Positions 50,248 through 61,819 are shown, numbered from the stretch's first letter. The stretch: 64,000 nucleotides of DNA from an uncultured Gammaproteobacteria bacterium (GCA_964427735.1 CAYRUS010000001.1:666756-730755), one strand, 5' to 3'. Numbers and translations are program-made. The notes: a model not told the origin generated them from the sequence alone.

Positions 50248-53200
50248 TTACTTTTCTCCAGTCCAATCTTTTGCCAATAATTCAGCTTGCTCAAGTACTA
50301 TTTTGGTTGCACTTTCTTGCTTGTCTGGTGGATATTTGTATTTTTTCAATAGTCGTTTGATATAGACTCTTAGTTTTGCCTGAACGCTTTCTTTAATAGT
50401 CCAGTCAATGGTGGTGTTCTTTCGAAGCATGTCCACCAGTTCTCGTGCCATTGCTTTGAGTGTCTCATCTCCAAGCTCGCGGACAGCACTTTCATTGTTT
50501 GCCAGTGCATCATAAAAAGCTACTTCTTCATCGCTAAGACCTAGATCGTGTCCTTTTTCTTTCTCCAGTTTTATTTTCTTGGCAAGTTCCAGAAGCTCTG
50601 CAATAACTTGTGCCGCCTCAATGGTTCTGTTTTGGTATTTTCGTATTGTCTCTTCAAGCATTTCAGCAAATGAGCGAGACTTTACCAGGTTTTGTTTGGT
50701 CATCGTTCGCAACTCATCATTTAGAAGTTTTTTCAATAGTTCTAGTGCAACATTTTTGTGCTCCATATTCTTAACTTCTGCCAAAAATTCTTCAGAGAAT
50801 ATAGAAATGTCAGGCGATTTGATACCAGCTGCAGAATAGATGTCGATAACCGCATCAGAAGTCACCGCAGAAGAAACAATCTGGCGTATTGCCAAGTCAT
50901 AATCATCGTCAGTTGGTCCACCTCCGTGAGGCTCCATCTTCAGAATAGCACCTCTAATAATTTGGAAGAATGCAACTTCATCACGAATCCTGATTGCTTC
51001 ATCGTGTGGTACAGCCAAAGAAAATGCCTTAGATAGCTCTGAAACCGCCTGTAGGAAGCGTTTTTTACCTTCATTGATGCCTAGCACAAAGTCAGTGGCT
51101 GCAGAGATGGTTTGAGTACGCTGGCCTGGTGTTCCATCAAAGTAATTCTGGTAGTCAAAACCATGAAATAGAGCCTTTACTACCTCATATTTCTCAAGCA
51201 TGACTGATACTGCTTGATCTTGTGGAATGGCCGTTTCCTGGCGGTCTGATTCTGAGTAATAAGAAAGTGCTTCCTTAAGCTCAGGTGCAATGCCAATATA
51301 GTCCACAATAAGTCCACCTTGCTTGTCTTTGTAGACTCGATTGACACGAGCAATAGCTTGCATCAGTCCATGGCCTTTCATTGGTTTATCAACATACATG
51401 GTGTGAAGTGAAGGTACATCAAAACCAGTCAGCCACATATCACGGACAATAACCAACTTCAGTTCATCGTCTGGATCTTTCATTCTTCTGGCTACTTCGT
51501 CCAGCATATGCTTTGGTCTTATATGAGGCTGGAAATTGAGTGGATCAGCAGCACTTCCAGTCATGACAACTTTTAAAAATCCTTTCTTGTCATCATCGCT
51601 ATGCCAATGAGGTCTTAATTTGATAAGTTCGTTATACAGCTCAACCGCAATTCTTCTGCTCATAGCTACTATCATGCCTTTGCCATCCATTACATCCAGA
51701 CGATTTTCAAAATGTTCTACCAAGTCTTTTGCCACCAGCGCAATTCTTTTCTCAGAACCAACCATAGCTTCAAGCCGCGCCCACTTGCTCTTGAGCTTTT
51801 CTTTTCGCTCTGTTTCTTCACCTTCTGTCAGCTCTTCAAATTCAGGATCAATCTTTGGCTGTTCCTCTTTCTTTAGCTCAATTCGTGCCAGCCTTGCTTC
51901 ATAATAGATCGGCACTGTAGCATGATCCTCAACAGCTCTAGTGACATCGTAGACATCCACATACTCGCCAAATACTGCTCTGGTGTTTCTATCAGTAAGT
52001 TCAACTGGAGTACCTGTAAAGCCAATAAATGAAGCGTTTGGCAGTGCATCGCGCATATGCTTGGCAAAGCCTGAAATAAATTCATATTGGCTTCTGTGAG
52101 CTTCATCCGCAATAACTACAATGTTTTTCCTGTCAGACAACATTGGATAAGACTCACTAGAGTTAACTGGCAAGAACTTCTGGATAGTGGTAAATATCAC
52201 ACCACCTGATGCGACCTTCAATAACTCCTGCAGTTCATGTCTGTCAGAAGCCTGTTTTGGTGTTTGCCGCAAGAGGTCAGCGCACTTGGAAAAAGTGCCA
52301 AATAACTGATTGTCCAAGTCATTTCTGTCAGTCAATACAACAAGAGTAGGATTGTTGAGCTCTTGGATCACTTTGCCTGCAAAAAATGTCATTGTCAGAC
52401 TCTTGCCAGATCCTTGCGTATGCCAGACTACACCGGCTCTTCTGTCTCCTTCTTCTTGTGTTGCCTTAATAGTACTTTCAACTGCTTTATTGGTGGCAAA
52501 GTATTGATGATATGCAGCAGCTTTTTTTATAGTCTTTTCTCCGTCAGTCTCAAAGACGATAAAGTTTGAGATAAGGTCTAAGAGTCTGTTCTTGTCGAAT
52601 ATACCTTTCAAGAGTACTTCCAGCTGTGGCAGAGCATTTGGTGCTAACTCTTCACCGTCTACTGTTCGCCACCTGGTAAACCATTCCAAATTGGCAGAGA
52701 GTGTGCCGACTCTGGCATCAGTTCCATCACTGATGATGGAAAGTTCGTTATAGGCAAAAAGTGTTGGAATGTCTTGCTTGTAAGTCTGGATTTGATTAAA
52801 GGCACCTTTGACGGTCGCTTTTTCATCTCCAGGATTTTTGAGTTCTATCACCACCAACGGTAAACCATTTACAAAGACGATAACATCAGGCCTTCTGTTG
52901 ATATTATTCTCAATGACAGTGAATTGATTGACCGCCACAAAGTCATTTTCAGAAGCGTTATTCAGGTCTACCAGTCTCACCTTATCACCAGCCACACTTC
53001 CATCACTTCTCATGTATTCCACATCCACGCCATCACGAAGGTATGAGTGAAATATCTTGTTGTTGAGTACCAAGCTTGGAGTAACAAATGCTACTTGCAA
53101 TGCTTTCTTGAAAGCTTCTTCTTTGGCATCGGCTGGAATATCAGGATTGAATTTCTCAATTGCTTTCCAAAGTCTTTCTTCCAGAACTACATCGGCATAC

Positions 53201-53328
53201 GACTTACGTTCTGGATTTTCTCCATCAGGAGGTGGTGCAATCTCAGGACCACCAACCACAGAATAACCAAGCTCCTCAAGCCATTCCAATGTTGCTAGTT
53301 CTAAATCTGTTTCTGTGTATTTAGTCAT
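50248..53328 (-). CDS. hsdR: Type I restriction endonuclease subunit R
   Basis: RPD...[30 protein letters not shown]. Confidence 0.96.
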   Translation of the reverse strand: MTKYTETDLELATLEWLEELGYSVVGGPEIAPPPDGENPERKSYADVVLEERLWKAIEKFNPDIPADAKEEAFKKALQVAFVTPSLVLNNKIFHSYLRDGVDVEYMRSDGSVAGDKVRLVDLNNASENDFVAVNQFTVIENNINRRPDVIVFVNGLPLVVIELKNPGDEKATVKGAFNQIQTYKQDIPTLFAYNELSIISDGTDARVGTLSANLEWFTRWRTVDGEELAPNALPQLEVLLKGIFDKNRLLDLISNFIVFETDGEKTIKKAAAYHQYFATNKAVESTIKATQEEGDRRAGVVWHTQGSGKSLTMTFFAGKVIQELNNPTLVVLTDRNDLDNQLFGTFSKCADLLRQTPKQASDRHELQELLKVASGGVIFTTIQKFLPVNSSESYPMLSDRKNIVVIADEAHRSQYEFISGFAKHMRDALPNASFIGFTGTPVELTDRNTRAVFGEYVDVYDVTRAVEDHATVPIYYEARLARIELKKEEQPKIDPEFEELTEGEETERKEKLKSKWARLEAMVGSEKRIALVAKDLVEHFENRLDVMDGKGMIVAMSRRIAVELYNELIKLRPHWHSDDDKKGFLKVVMTGSAADPLNFQPHIRPKHMLDEVARRMKDPDDELKLVIVRDMWLTGFDVPSLHTMYVDKPMKGHGLMQAIARVNRVYKDKQGGLIVDYIGIAPELKEALSYYSESDRQETAIPQDQAVSVMLEKYEVVKALFHGFDYQNYFDGTPGQRTQTISAATDFVLGINEGKKRFLQAVSELSKAFSLAVPHDEAIRIRDEVAFFQIIRGAILKMEPHGGGPTDDDYDLAIRQIVSSAVTSDAVIDIYSAAGIKSPDISIFSEEFLAEVKNMEHKNVALELLKKLLNDELRTMTKQNLVKSRSFAEMLEETIRKYQNRTIEAAQVIAELLELAKKIKLEKEKGHDLGLSDEEVAFYDALANNESAVRELGDETLKAMARELVDMLRKNTTIDWTIKESVQAKLRVYIKRLLKKYKYPPDKQESATKIVLEQAELLAKDWTGEK

Positions 53329-54490
53329 GATTAGCTTTCTTGATATCTTCAACTATAAAGGATGCTCTTTCATACAGTTCATCGTAAGTAACAATATCTA
53401 TATTTCTTGAGTCTCGCTGGAAAAGCTCGTACGTTCTTGCTTTAGTTCTTAGTTCCTCAGTATCTCCAGAGAATTGATTTGAATTTCCGATTATTAATAT
53501 GGTTTTAGGATCAACTGTCTGTTGCTTAATATGTTTACCTTCGTCATCAAAGTTTTTGCTTGCATTTGCCTCAGATTTAATTTGCCAACTAGCCTTTTGT
53601 TCTAGTATTTGTGAAACGGCATGGATTAAGTCTGATGATAAACACCAACTACCTGAACGGTTTTTGTCCTCTCCAAACAGTGGAGTGTTTGGTTTTTTAA
53701 GCTCTACTAATACAGTAAATCTATTACAGCTTAATAAAAAATCTCCAATCTCACCATCTTTTCCAGCAATATTTGTATTAGAAACATGTACCTCTTTTTG
53801 AAGTATTCCTAAAAATCGATAGTCTAGTCCGTATCCAAATATCCAAGGATTCTTTGTGAAAAAATGCTGCCATGCGATTTCTTCTCTTTTATCATTTAGT
53901 GACTCTTGTTCTTGATACTTCTCTAAATATCCGTCTTCATTTAATAATTTATAAAATACGTCAAGCTGATTTTTCCTATAACCGATGTTGGTTATATCAG
54001 TAGAGGTAACTAGTCCATTTTTTATCAATTCTTTTAAAAGCTTTTCACCTTCTTCAGTCGATAAAAGTGTAACTATCTTTTTTTTAGTTTCTTCGTTAAG
54101 AGTGAGAAAAGTTTCATCGGATAAGCCAATCCTTCTCTCGGAAATACTTTTTAGGTCCAGCTTTCTTAAAAAAGAAATAAAGCTCATCACCTTTTCGAAA
54201 GTAAACGATGAAAACGTAACTTTCTCATCAGTTTTTGTCCACTGACCTTTGGATAATCTGAATTTCTCTATAACTACTCTGTTGATGTCGTCTTTATCTT
54301 TTATGTAGCCAACAGTGACCTTTAGTTTTATTTGAGGTGATAGTTCAAATTCTTCTGTATCAGATGCATAAAAGTTAAGATACTTTCCATCACCACTACC
54401 AAAATTGCTCACGTACAATACATCAGTACTTGAGTTTCCTGCAATGTCTGCATCAGATGGTTCTGGTATTTTCCAATCGTCAAAGCTCAT
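53321..54490 (-). CDS. sduA: Shedu anti-phage nuclease (DUF4263)
   Basis: [37 protein letters not shown]. Confidence 0.85.
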   Translation of the reverse strand: MSFDDWKIPEPSDADIAGNSSTDVLYVSNFGSGDGKYLNFYASDTEEFELSPQIKLKVTVGYIKDKDDINRVVIEKFRLSKGQWTKTDEKVTFSSFTFEKVMSFISFLRKLDLKSISERRIGLSDETFLTLNEETKKKIVTLLSTEEGEKLLKELIKNGLVTSTDITNIGYRKNQLDVFYKLLNEDGYLEKYQEQESLNDKREEIAWQHFFTKNPWIFGYGLDYRFLGILQKEVHVSNTNIAGKDGEIGDFLLSCNRFTVLVELKKPNTPLFGEDKNRSGSWCLSSDLIHAVSQILEQKASWQIKSEANASKNFDDEGKHIKQQTVDPKTILIIGNSNQFSGDTEELRTKARTYELFQRDSRNIDIVTYDELYERASFIVEDIKKANHD

Positions 54491-54491
54491 A

Positions 54492-55772
54492 TTAATTCAC
54501 TCTTATCTTTCCACTCATAAGTCTTGGTAATAGCGAGTCTCTTAATGTCGTTAGAGTCATTATTTCGTGCATGTTTTCATCAATTTTTAATAGCAAGTGG
54601 CTTGCTGACTTTTCAAATAACTGTCTAACACTTGAATCTGGATACAACACATTAAGAATTTTTAATTCTGTTGGTCTAACTCGCTGCCTGGAACCTGTTG
54701 AGCCAGTTGATAAGCTCGAGAAGTATGTATAAAAAATGTTTTCACGAAACATAAAGTTGCTCCAAGTCCAGTCTTCTTTTTTTGGTACCACATTAATGAA
54801 TTCCGTTGAGCTTATAGATTTTTCATTCCACCTATCAGTAAAGATAGTCCAAATACGCTTTGCATTTTTTGGATTTAGTTTAGAAATGAGAATGCTATCC
54901 TGACTTATGTGCGTTTTATTGCTTTTTATCGTATTTCCTAGTTCTAGCATTGGTGAGTTATATTGGTCGAAAGAAGGAATGCTGAAATGCCAATAGTTTT
55001 GGTTTCCGTTCTTACTTGGATTAATTGATTTGGTGTTGATTTCAAATATTTGTTTGACCTTTTTAACCATCCATCCTTTTGGTATCTCGCCAAGTTCACT
55101 TTCCACCATCTCGCCGCCGCTGGATTTGTATGGCTCGCCATTTTCATTTGGAAATTCAAAATCCACAAACCACTGTTTGAATAGAGCTTTACCTATCTCC
55201 TCCAACGTCTTATTCATCCTGCGGTTTAATTCAATCTTGTCATCAAGTGAGGAGAGAATAGAAGCGATTTGTTTTTGCTCGTTTTCTGAAGGAAATGGAA
55301 TACGTGATCTTTCAAGAACATCTGGATTAAATGCTGGATATGTAGATGTAGTTGTATCAGCAATTGCTGACAAATAATTTGTGTATTCCTCTGTTGTGAG
55401 GTAATAGTACAGAAACCTTGGATTAACTTTTTTACTACTTACAACAGCGTATCCGGTAGATGCAATAAGATTAGGTTTTGTTTTAGAAACAAATGCAAAG
55501 TGCTTAAGATTTGGACGTACTGTTGATATTAAAATATCATTATCAGAAACAATCCGTTTTGCTCTGCTTGGTGCATCTTTCAAAGATAACTTTTGAGTTT
55601 CTAATATTTCGCCTTTAAGAGTGGATGATACATCTATATACTCAACCCACTCATACTTAAAATCCTTATTGACTGATGCTTCATTTACTTTTGCAACCTC
55701 TGACAACAAAGCAATATCCCAATCCTCAGGAATTTCACCAATTTCTGTTTGTTTGAATGTATTATTTGTCAT
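54492..55772 (-). CDS. hsdS: Type I R-M specificity subunit
   Basis: IPEDW, EQKQIASILSSLDDKIELN, LFKQWFVDF, LRDSLLPRLMSG; two TRDs. Confidence 0.95.
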   Translation of the reverse strand: MTNNTFKQTEIGEIPEDWDIALLSEVAKVNEASVNKDFKYEWVEYIDVSSTLKGEILETQKLSLKDAPSRAKRIVSDNDILISTVRPNLKHFAFVSKTKPNLIASTGYAVVSSKKVNPRFLYYYLTTEEYTNYLSAIADTTTSTYPAFNPDVLERSRIPFPSENEQKQIASILSSLDDKIELNRRMNKTLEEIGKALFKQWFVDFEFPNENGEPYKSSGGEMVESELGEIPKGWMVKKVKQIFEINTKSINPSKNGNQNYWHFSIPSFDQYNSPMLELGNTIKSNKTHISQDSILISKLNPKNAKRIWTIFTDRWNEKSISSTEFINVVPKKEDWTWSNFMFRENIFYTYFSSLSTGSTGSRQRVRPTELKILNVLYPDSSVRQLFEKSASHLLLKIDENMHEIMTLTTLRDSLLPRLMSGKIRVN

Positions 55773-56403
55773 CTGTATTTTTGTTATCTCGTTTTTGTAT
55801 AGCAGCTTTTTTGCTTACAGGAATCTTGTCATAAATAGCATCAATTTCTTTTGGCTCGGTTATCATTTTTTCAGCTATAAAATTTACAAGTTTAAAAAGA
55901 GCTGATGCTGTTTCAATGTCATCCTTTATATCCAACTCTCCTGGATGTACTGACTCGTTACCAATAACACGAAGTGAGTCAAGCGACTGCTGAACTTTAG
56001 GAGGAAGTCCATTTTTCACTAGATTGGCGATATCAGTATTAAGATCTTTTCCTTTTTCACCAAGCTGAATACATAGCTTTTGAATTGCCAACCTAAGCAA
56101 AGCAGCTGATCCTCTTGGAGACCTTTGCAGAATAGAAACTGCTTCGTTATAGTCTTGAACAATATCATTGTTGAGGTCCTCATTAGGAGGCTCTATTCCT
56201 GAAAAATCTGGATATATCATCTTCTCTTCGTGCCAAATGGAGTACTGGCCACATCTTGCACAAAAACAAACTCGTGTATTTTCTAAAAAACCTCCATTTA
56301 CTGATTTAATGCCGTGCCAATTTTGATTTGAAAAAGCACTGCAGAAAGGACAGTTGAATCCTGACGCTTCAAATTCTGGTTGTGTAAATGGAATTTTTGT
56401 CAT
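55762..56403 (-). CDS. Zn-ribbon + DUF4145 (HEPN-like) protein
   Basis: CPFC...CARC; [10 protein letters not shown]; RVIGNESVH. Confidence 0.85.
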   Translation of the reverse strand: MTKIPFTQPEFEASGFNCPFCSAFSNQNWHGIKSVNGGFLENTRVCFCARCGQYSIWHEEKMIYPDFSGIEPPNEDLNNDIVQDYNEAVSILQRSPRGSAALLRLAIQKLCIQLGEKGKDLNTDIANLVKNGLPPKVQQSLDSLRVIGNESVHPGELDIKDDIETASALFKLVNFIAEKMITEPKEIDAIYDKIPVSKKAAIQKRDNKNTDDK

Positions 56404-57938
56404 AAATCGTAGCCAACTTTTTTTAAATTTTCTTTGATCTTTGCTTCCAGCTCTTTTGACTCTTTGAATTGTGCTGATAATTCGCTGGTGAGTTTTTCCA
56501 TTTTCTCCTCAAACACTTCGTCATCTTCCATCTCAAAATCTGTGCCAACATATCTGCCAGGAGTGAGGACATAGCTATTCTTTTCTACTTCTTCAATCTT
56601 GGCTGATTTGCAAAATCCTTTGACATCCTCGTAGTCGCCGTCTGGATTCCTCCAGTTGTGGTAGGTGTCTGCGATTTGTTTGAGTTCTTTATCTGATAAT
56701 TCACGATGGCGTCTGTCAACCATAGTGCCTAGCTTGCGAGCGTCAATAAAGAGAATCTCTTCATGTCTGTCTCGGAAGTTGTGGTCGTATCTGTCGCGAG
56801 ATACAAACCACAAAGAGGCTGGAATGCCTGTGGTGTAGAACAACTTGTCTGGCAGTGCCACTATGCAGTCAACCAAGCCTTTCTTTATGAGTTCTTCTCT
56901 GATCTTGCCTTCATTGGAAGTGTTGGAAGAAAGCGCACCATTTGCCATCACAAATCCAGCAATGCCGGTAGGTGATAGATGATGGATAAAGTGCTGAATC
57001 CAAGCATAGTTGGCATTGCCTGTTGGTGGAACGCCATATTTCCAGCGGACATCATCGCGGAGTCGCTCGCCACCCCAGTCACTGACATTGAATGGAGGAT
57101 TGGCCAGAATAAAATCCGCTTTCAAGTCTTTGTGAAGATCGTTGTGGAAACTGTCAGCATCGGATTCTCCAAGATTGCCTTCTATGCCGCGAATAGCCAG
57201 ATTCATCTTTGCAAGTCTCCAAGTAGCGGCGTTGCTTTCCTGTCCATATACTGAAATGTCGCCAACATTACCGCCATGCTCCTCAACAAACTTTTCACTT
57301 TGGACAAACATACCGCCACTGCCACAACAAGGATCGTAAACACGGCCTTTGTATGGCTCTATCATTTGCACCAGAAGCTTAACTACTGATGCTGGCGTGT
57401 AGTATTCACCACCTGCTTTGCCTTCTGCGCTGGCAAATCTGCCTATAAAATATTCATAGACACGACCTAAAATATCTTTTGATTTTGACTCTTTATCTCC
57501 AAGACCTAGTGAGCTGAATATATCGACAATTTCACCTAAGCGCTGTTTGTTAAGGTCTGGTCTGGCAAATCTTTTTGGAAGCACTCCTTTGAGCGTTGGA
57601 TTTTCTTTCTCAATAGCTATCATTGCATCATCAATGAGCTTGCCGATTTCTGGCTTTTTGGCGTTTTCCTTTAAGTAATTCCACCTGGCATTTTCCGGCA
57701 CCCAGAATACATTCCTTGCCTTGTAAGCATCTTTGTCCTCACACTCACCATCAAATGCTTCCGGATCGTTCTTGATGGTCTGATACGCTTCTTCGAATGA
57801 ATCTGAAATGTATTTGAGAAAGATAAGACCAAGCACAACATGCTTATATTCACCTGGATCTAAGTTGCCGCGAAGCTTGTCTGCGGCTGACCATAATTTT
57901 GTTTCAAAGCCTAGATTAGCTGATGTATTATTTGCCAT
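56400..57938 (-). CDS. hsdM: Type I R-M N6-adenine methyltransferase
   Basis: [19 protein letters not shown]. Confidence 0.97.
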   Translation of the reverse strand: MANNTSANLGFETKLWSAADKLRGNLDPGEYKHVVLGLIFLKYISDSFEEAYQTIKNDPEAFDGECEDKDAYKARNVFWVPENARWNYLKENAKKPEIGKLIDDAMIAIEKENPTLKGVLPKRFARPDLNKQRLGEIVDIFSSLGLGDKESKSKDILGRVYEYFIGRFASAEGKAGGEYYTPASVVKLLVQMIEPYKGRVYDPCCGSGGMFVQSEKFVEEHGGNVGDISVYGQESNAATWRLAKMNLAIRGIEGNLGESDADSFHNDLHKDLKADFILANPPFNVSDWGGERLRDDVRWKYGVPPTGNANYAWIQHFIHHLSPTGIAGFVMANGALSSNTSNEGKIREELIKKGLVDCIVALPDKLFYTTGIPASLWFVSRDRYDHNFRDRHEEILFIDARKLGTMVDRRHRELSDKELKQIADTYHNWRNPDGDYEDVKGFCKSAKIEEVEKNSYVLTPGRYVGTDFEMEDDEVFEEKMEKLTSELSAQFKESKELEAKIKENLKKVGYDL

Positions 57939-57963
57939 AATTTTCTAAATTCTCTTTTAATGC

Positions 57964-58173
57964 TTACTTCTTATTTCTTGACAAGTAAGCTTCAATATCA
58001 CTCTTTCGATAGCGCCTGTCACCAACACCTTTTCGCGTGCCTACACGAACAGCTTTCAGCGTGCCGTTGCGGTCCCACCTACGGAGAGTCTGAATATTTA
58101 CATTTAGTATTTTTGCTGCTTCCTGTAAGGAAATAAGCTCTTCAAGCTCTGCGTTCATATAAGTTATGTCCAA
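57964..58173 (-). CDS. Excisionase/MerR-like HTH protein
   Basis: EAAKILNVNIQTLRRWD...RRY. Confidence 0.85.
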   Translation of the reverse strand: MDITYMNAELEELISLQEAAKILNVNIQTLRRWDRNGTLKAVRVGTRKGVGDRRYRKSDIEAYLSRNKK

Positions 58174-58501
58174 TTGTACTAAATTGACTAGTAGAATACT
58201 AGATACTCAGGTAATTGATTAGTAAATGAAAAATAGATCTATGGTAATAATTTACCTATATAATTTATGAGTAATTTCCTTATAACAAAGACTTTCGTAA
58301 AAGTATTAGCCTTATTTGAACAGAGTACAAAGAGTATAAGCTGAGATTGCTTATTATCTCTGCATACATGTCAAAGCTATCTGTTAAATAAGCTGAGGTG
58401 TGTTCCAAGCACAGGCGCTTTATAAGAAGCGCCAAATAAATACTCATGAAATCTTAAAATGTAAAATACGGCCTGCCATCAGGTAGAATACGAATAAGAG
58501 A

Positions 58502-59281
58502 ATGAAAATAAAAGATAATTCTGATCTTCTGGAACTAAAGGTAAACATTGAATGCAAGAATGACATTGCTTATATGGATTGTGCTTTGCTTCTTGATAAG
58601 CCTGAGTTCTTAAGACTGCTGCCTGAATACAGAAAAAAGCATGGCATAGATGTGCTAGTGCCGTATACTAAGTTCTATGAATGGATTTCCACAAAGATGG
58701 ATGCTGACATCAAAGCAAAAGAAGATGACATCGAAAAAGGTATAACAGTCAACGATATAACAGAGCTGAACCTACCGTTTTTGGAGTTTGAAGAAGATGC
58801 AAAGTCACTCTGTAGACAATTCAAAAAGCCTGGATACTTTGTGCAGATAATTCAGTTTGCCATTGCTTGTGGTGTAGTTGGAGACATCAGCTATCAGCAT
58901 ACGCGAATTGAGGTAACTCCAACTGATCCACCGCCACCACCTGAAGAAACAGAACTACCAGAAGTAAGAATTGTTATCACTCCAATGACAACATTAAAGG
59001 ACGTACAGGAAGTCTTTGAAAAGAATGTGCCTGATATATTTGAATCTCATATGAAACTACTCAACTACTATTACAGAATGAAGAACCGCAAAGCTGGCAA
59101 CTTCAGGCGAGATCGAGAATGGTACTGGAAGAATTTAGAAGGTGAAGGATATACAGAGATTGCACTTTCAGAGGCATCACCATCAGAAAGGCTTGAGTAC
59201 AAAAAGAGTCGCAACAGATATTTGATTACTGAGTATCAAATGGTAAAACAGGCAATCCGCAGATACAAAAACCTCCTCTAG
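58502..59281 (+). CDS. Hypothetical element protein, possible C-terminal HTH
   Basis: RDREWY...GYTEIA...VKQAIRRY. Confidence 0.65.
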   Translation: MKIKDNSDLLELKVNIECKNDIAYMDCALLLDKPEFLRLLPEYRKKHGIDVLVPYTKFYEWISTKMDADIKAKEDDIEKGITVNDITELNLPFLEFEEDAKSLCRQFKKPGYFVQIIQFAIACGVVGDISYQHTRIEVTPTDPPPPPEETELPEVRIVITPMTTLKDVQEVFEKNVPDIFESHMKLLNYYYRMKNRKAGNFRRDREWYWKNLEGEGYTEIALSEASPSERLEYKKSRNRYLITEYQMVKQAIRRYKNLL

Positions 59282-59354
59282 TAGTGGTGTACAAATAATC
59301 TTCAACTTTCTGTAGCTCTTTAGACTTCATCATTTTTAAGACAATGTTCTTAAG

Positions 59355-59504
59355 ATGAAACTAAGCCAGAAAGCAATCGACGAATTCAAAGAGATTTACT
59401 TCAAAAAGTTTGGTGTGCAATTGACAGACGATAAAGCTAATGAGCTTGGCGTTGAGTTGTTGGAATTCTTCAAATTGATATACAAACCAATTCCAAAAAA
59501 CTGA
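59355..59504 (+). CDS. 49-aa small protein not in the ORF track
   Basis: MKLSQKAIDEFKEIYFKKFGVQLTDDKANELGVELLEFFKLIYKPIPKN; stop lies 2 nt before the next ATG. Confidence 0.7.
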   Translation: MKLSQKAIDEFKEIYFKKFGVQLTDDKANELGVELLEFFKLIYKPIPKN

Positions 59505-59506
59505 AT

Positions 59507-60019
59507 ATGAAACGCAAAAACTTTACCATGATTCCAAATGCATTGCTAAGTGAATCTCAACTATCAGTTCCTGCAAGATATTTGCTTTGTGTACTGCACA
59601 AATATTCGTTTCAAAAGGATTATTGCTGGCCAGGACAAGAAACGTTAGGTAAGGATTTAGGATACTCAGCAAGGCATATAAGAAACCTATTAAATGAACT
59701 ATTAAAATCTGGAGTTGTTGTGTCCGAAAGATGTGGATGGAATCGCACAAATACTTACAAGTTGAGTAAGAATCTTCAGTCAACCAGAGTTGCCTCATCA
59801 AATGAGTCAAACGGCAAATCGTGCCAGAAACAGACTTCCGCTCATTTTGGAACTGTAATTCCAATCCATCAAGGAAATCCACTTCCAACTAAGAATACTT
59901 ATGGAAGTAGAAAAGAGAATAACGGAAGTTCAAAAGGACTAGAAAGTTTACGGCAAGCAATGGTTGATATAGGTCTTAAACCAAATAGCCAAATAAGGCT
60001 AGAAAAGGCTGACTTTTAG
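59507..60019 (+). CDS. Winged-HTH protein of the phage/plasmid replication-initiator type
   Basis: FTMIPN, CWPGQETLGKDLG.S.R.I...L.EL...G, TNTY. Confidence 0.75.
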   Translation: MKRKNFTMIPNALLSESQLSVPARYLLCVLHKYSFQKDYCWPGQETLGKDLGYSARHIRNLLNELLKSGVVVSERCGWNRTNTYKLSKNLQSTRVASSNESNGKSCQKQTSAHFGTVIPIHQGNPLPTKNTYGSRKENNGSSKGLESLRQAMVDIGLKPNSQIRLEKADF

Positions 60020-60061
60020 CCTAGTATAGCGATAAAATTTATACATAGGAGAATTTAGAAA

Positions 60062-61819
60062 ATGAACTTGATATACGCACAATATTCTAGAAAGTCATCT
60101 GAGTCAAAAGAGAAACAAGCTCTGTCAATTTTTGAGCAAAATGAGGAGTGCAAAAAGGCTGTTGTTCGAGACAATTTGAAAATCGCACATATCTTTGAGG
60201 AATCGAGATCTGCATACAAACCAAATAACAGGCCAGAGTTCACACAAATGATTGAACTGATAGAGGCCAAGAAAGTAAATGCTATCTTGACCTGGAAACC
60301 AGACCGACTATGCCGCAATCCAATGGAAGGCGGACACCTTCTCCAGTTGCTACAAGATGGAAAGTTACAGGAAATTCGATCGACAGATGGTGAAAAATAT
60401 ACACAGGATTCAGATCATCTTATTTTACAGATCCATTTTGGCATGGCTAACCAATATTCCAGAAACCTGAGTAAGAATGTCAAAAGAGGCAACCATTACA
60501 TATTCCACAATAAGAAAAAATGGATTGGACCAGCTAAGCCAGGATACATCAACTACTACGATGAGGCAGCCAAAGAAAAAAAGATAGGCGTGGACGAACT
60601 AAGATTTCCACTGATCCAAAATGCTATTAAGCTCATATTGTCCGGCACTCACACTCCTATGGAAGCTTTTGACGTGCTCAATAACAAATGGAAATTTAGG
60701 TCCAGAAAACGAGGTTCACTAGGTGGCAAACCACTAGCAAAGTCTGGTTGGTATCGGATTTTGACAGATAGTTATTACTATGGCTTAATGGTTCGCACTG
60801 AAGGAGAAGTGATTGGAACACACAAGCCAATGCTCACAGAAGATGAATTTGACACGCTACAGGTAATCTTAGGACGCAAAGGCAAGCCAAGAATGGCCAG
60901 GCATGAATTTGCATATAAACATGTGCTCAAATGTGGTGAATGTGGTGGTTCTGTTACTGCTGAAGAAAAAGTGCAGATAATCTGTTCATCTTGTAAATCC
61001 AAATTTCATAAAGGCAAAGTAACCAATGCTTGTCCGCACTGTAAAATGTTGATTGAGGAGATGAAAAAGCCAACAATTCTCAAATATGTGTACTACCACT
61101 GCACCAAGCGAGTCAATAAATCTTGTACTCAAGGAAGTGTAACAATAGAAAATCTTGAGAAGAGAATAAACGAAGAACTGGATAAGTTCGAATTGAGCGA
61201 AGAATTCCGCGACTGGTGCATTGACCACTTGAATGAACTCAATGAGAAAGAAGAAGTTGATATTAAAACTATCAAAGAAAACCTCGTAAATGAGATGAAT
61301 AAATGTGATAAAGCACTTGCGAAACTTACAAGGCTCAGAATTTCAAGAGAAAACGTCTCAAATAGTGCTGAAATGGAGAAATTCTATGATGATGAAGAGA
61401 AAAGACTGCTAAAAGAGCGCAAAGACATCATGAAGCAAATTGGTACAGTCGATAAGAAACAGGAGGAGTGGTATTTCCAGTCCAAGGAGACATTTAACTT
61501 TGCTTGCACTGCCAAATATCAGTTTGAGACTGGTGACGTTAGAACCAAGACGTATATTTTGTCAAAACTTGGTTCGAACCTAACAATTCTAGATCGAAGC
61601 CTCCAAATTTCAGGCGAAAGGCCATATTTCCTAATAGAGAAAGCAAAGAAGGAGATTCAAGAGGTTGTCCTGGCGTTAGAACCTGAAGAAAAGGCCATAA
61701 TATCAAGCAATTTGCTAGCTTATGAGCCTATCAGTACTATCTTGCTGCGGAGCAGGGATTCGAACCCCAAATTCCAGTTCCAAAGACTGGCGTGTTACCA
61801 TTACACCACTCCGCAATGA
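60062..61819 (+). CDS. Large serine recombinase (resolvase + recombinase + Zn ribbon)
   Basis: YSRKSS, RPEF, DRLCRN, PGY, KCGECG; last codons run antisense through tRNA-Gln. Confidence 0.93.
   Translation: MNLIYAQYSRKSSESKEKQALSIFEQNEECKKAVVRDNLKIAHIFEESRSAYKPNNRPEFTQMIELIEAKKVNAILTWKPDRLCRNPMEGGHLLQLLQDGKLQEIRSTDGEKYTQDSDHLILQIHFGMANQYSRNLSKNVKRGNHYIFHNKKKWIGPAKPGYINYYDEAAKEKKIGVDELRFPLIQNAIKLILSGTHTPMEAFDVLNNKWKFRSRKRGSLGGKPLAKSGWYRILTDSYYYGLMVRTEGEVIGTHKPMLTEDEFDTLQVILGRKGKPRMARHEFAYKHVLKCGECGGSVTAEEKVQIICSSCKSKFHKGKVTNACPHCKMLIEEMKKPTILKYVYYHCTKRVNKSCTQGSVTIENLEKRINEELDKFELSEEFRDWCIDHLNELNEKEEVDIKTIKENLVNEMNKCDKALAKLTRLRISRENVSNSAEMEKFYDDEEKRLLKERKDIMKQIGTVDKKQEEWYFQSKETFNFACTAKYQFETGDVRTKTYILSKLGSNLTILDRSLQISGERPYFLIEKAKKEIQEVVLALEPEEKAIISSNLLAYEPISTILLRSRDSNPKFQFQRLACYHYTTPQ
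61745..61815 (-). tRNA. tRNA-Gln(TTG)
   Basis: TGCGGAG/CTCCGCA acceptor stem, CCAGT-CTTTGGA-ACTGG, GGTTCGAATCC. Confidence 0.92.

Larger units (their letters stand above)
49119..61747. mobile_element. Serine-recombinase integrative defence element inserted at the 3' end of tRNA-Gln
   Basis: GCTGnGG at both ends (49119, 61744); recombinase, excisionase-like HTH, replication-type HTH and defence cargo; sharp GGG/CCC depletion matching these limits. Confidence 0.85.

Noticed and set aside
54492-55772. Phase-variable hsdS shufflon
   Set aside because: Only one hsdS, with no silent TRD copies or flanking inverted repeats seen
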